This document shows, piece after piece, positions 63,479 to 64,000 of a stretch of DNA of 64,000 nucleotides. Numbering within the stretch: position 1 is the stretch's first letter; every line of letters starts with the position of its first letter. The position numbers and the translations under genes were made by a program. The notes under the pieces were generated by a model. It ran no database searches. It saw only the letters and a list, made by a program, of their open reading frames with translations, and was not told the DNA's origin. Source of the stretch: Octopus sinensis (lineage: Eukaryota); the NCBI RefSeq assembly GCF_006345805.1, contig NC_042998.1:118854001-118918000 (forward strand), read 5' to 3'.

Positions 63479-64000
63479 TGCCTGCGTAATATTTAATAAA
63501 ATTAAATTTACATCTTGAAATTGACAAACTGACTGTAATAATATAATATGAATTGATATCAACGTGTTGCTATCAGCCATTTATTCAGTGTTATTTCTCA
63601 TCAAAACGTTAAGGTGAGAAAAATTTGATTTAATGTTGTAGAAAGATTTGCAGATAACAGAACGATGTATTCCTTTGGAGATACAATAATTATATTGAAG
63701 TGAATTACGCTGAAGTGAAAATGCATAGCTATTCCGGAAAATATTTCCCCGTTTTCATTTTTTCATACAGAATACGTTCGTTTGCTAACCAACTTGTTAA
63801 TAGTAGTAATAATGAACCGATGAGGAAGATTCTTGCTACGAAGTAGAATCTAGCTAATTAGCCCATTGTTATTTATCAGGCAAATCTCGCTCTTATCAAA
63901 CCCTAAAGTCTTAAAAATAGAGGGGTACATGTAATAATAATGCTAAAAACATGATGCGATGGTAACTGCTGGGACGTTTTTGATCTACTGAATCAATAAC

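Overview
AT-rich, microsatellite-dense eukaryotic repeat landscape. The SINE/LINE content and the (TA)n/(TAGA)n/(TAA)n density suggest a cephalopod (Octopus-like) genome; this is inference. I recognise no host protein-coding gene. Most supplied ORFs are microsatellite or transposon artefacts. Recognisable elements: an R4/Dong-like LINE inserted in (TAA)n, two CR1-like LINEs, two RTE-BovB fragments, Penelope-like (PLE) remnants including a GIY-YIG endonuclease, a solo LTR, two mariners, a deleted pogo-like element, a probable Chapaev3-like fragment, two Helitrons and several tRNA-headed SINE families. The main signal is absent from the ORF track: about 15 type-I hammerhead ribozyme (HHR) motifs, read by eye, mostly with palindromic helix III and non-canonical core junctions. 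They sit in short non-coding elements whose 3' ends often abut (TA)n tracts. Architectures include a 3.1 x 499-bp tandem array, a 941-bp palindrome, a tRNA-headed SINE carrying an HHR, a CUGU-N-GA core variant family, and a copy split by a Helitron. This looks like a diversified PLE/retrozyme system. Coordinates, identities and pairings were determined by eye; no folding or database searches were run.
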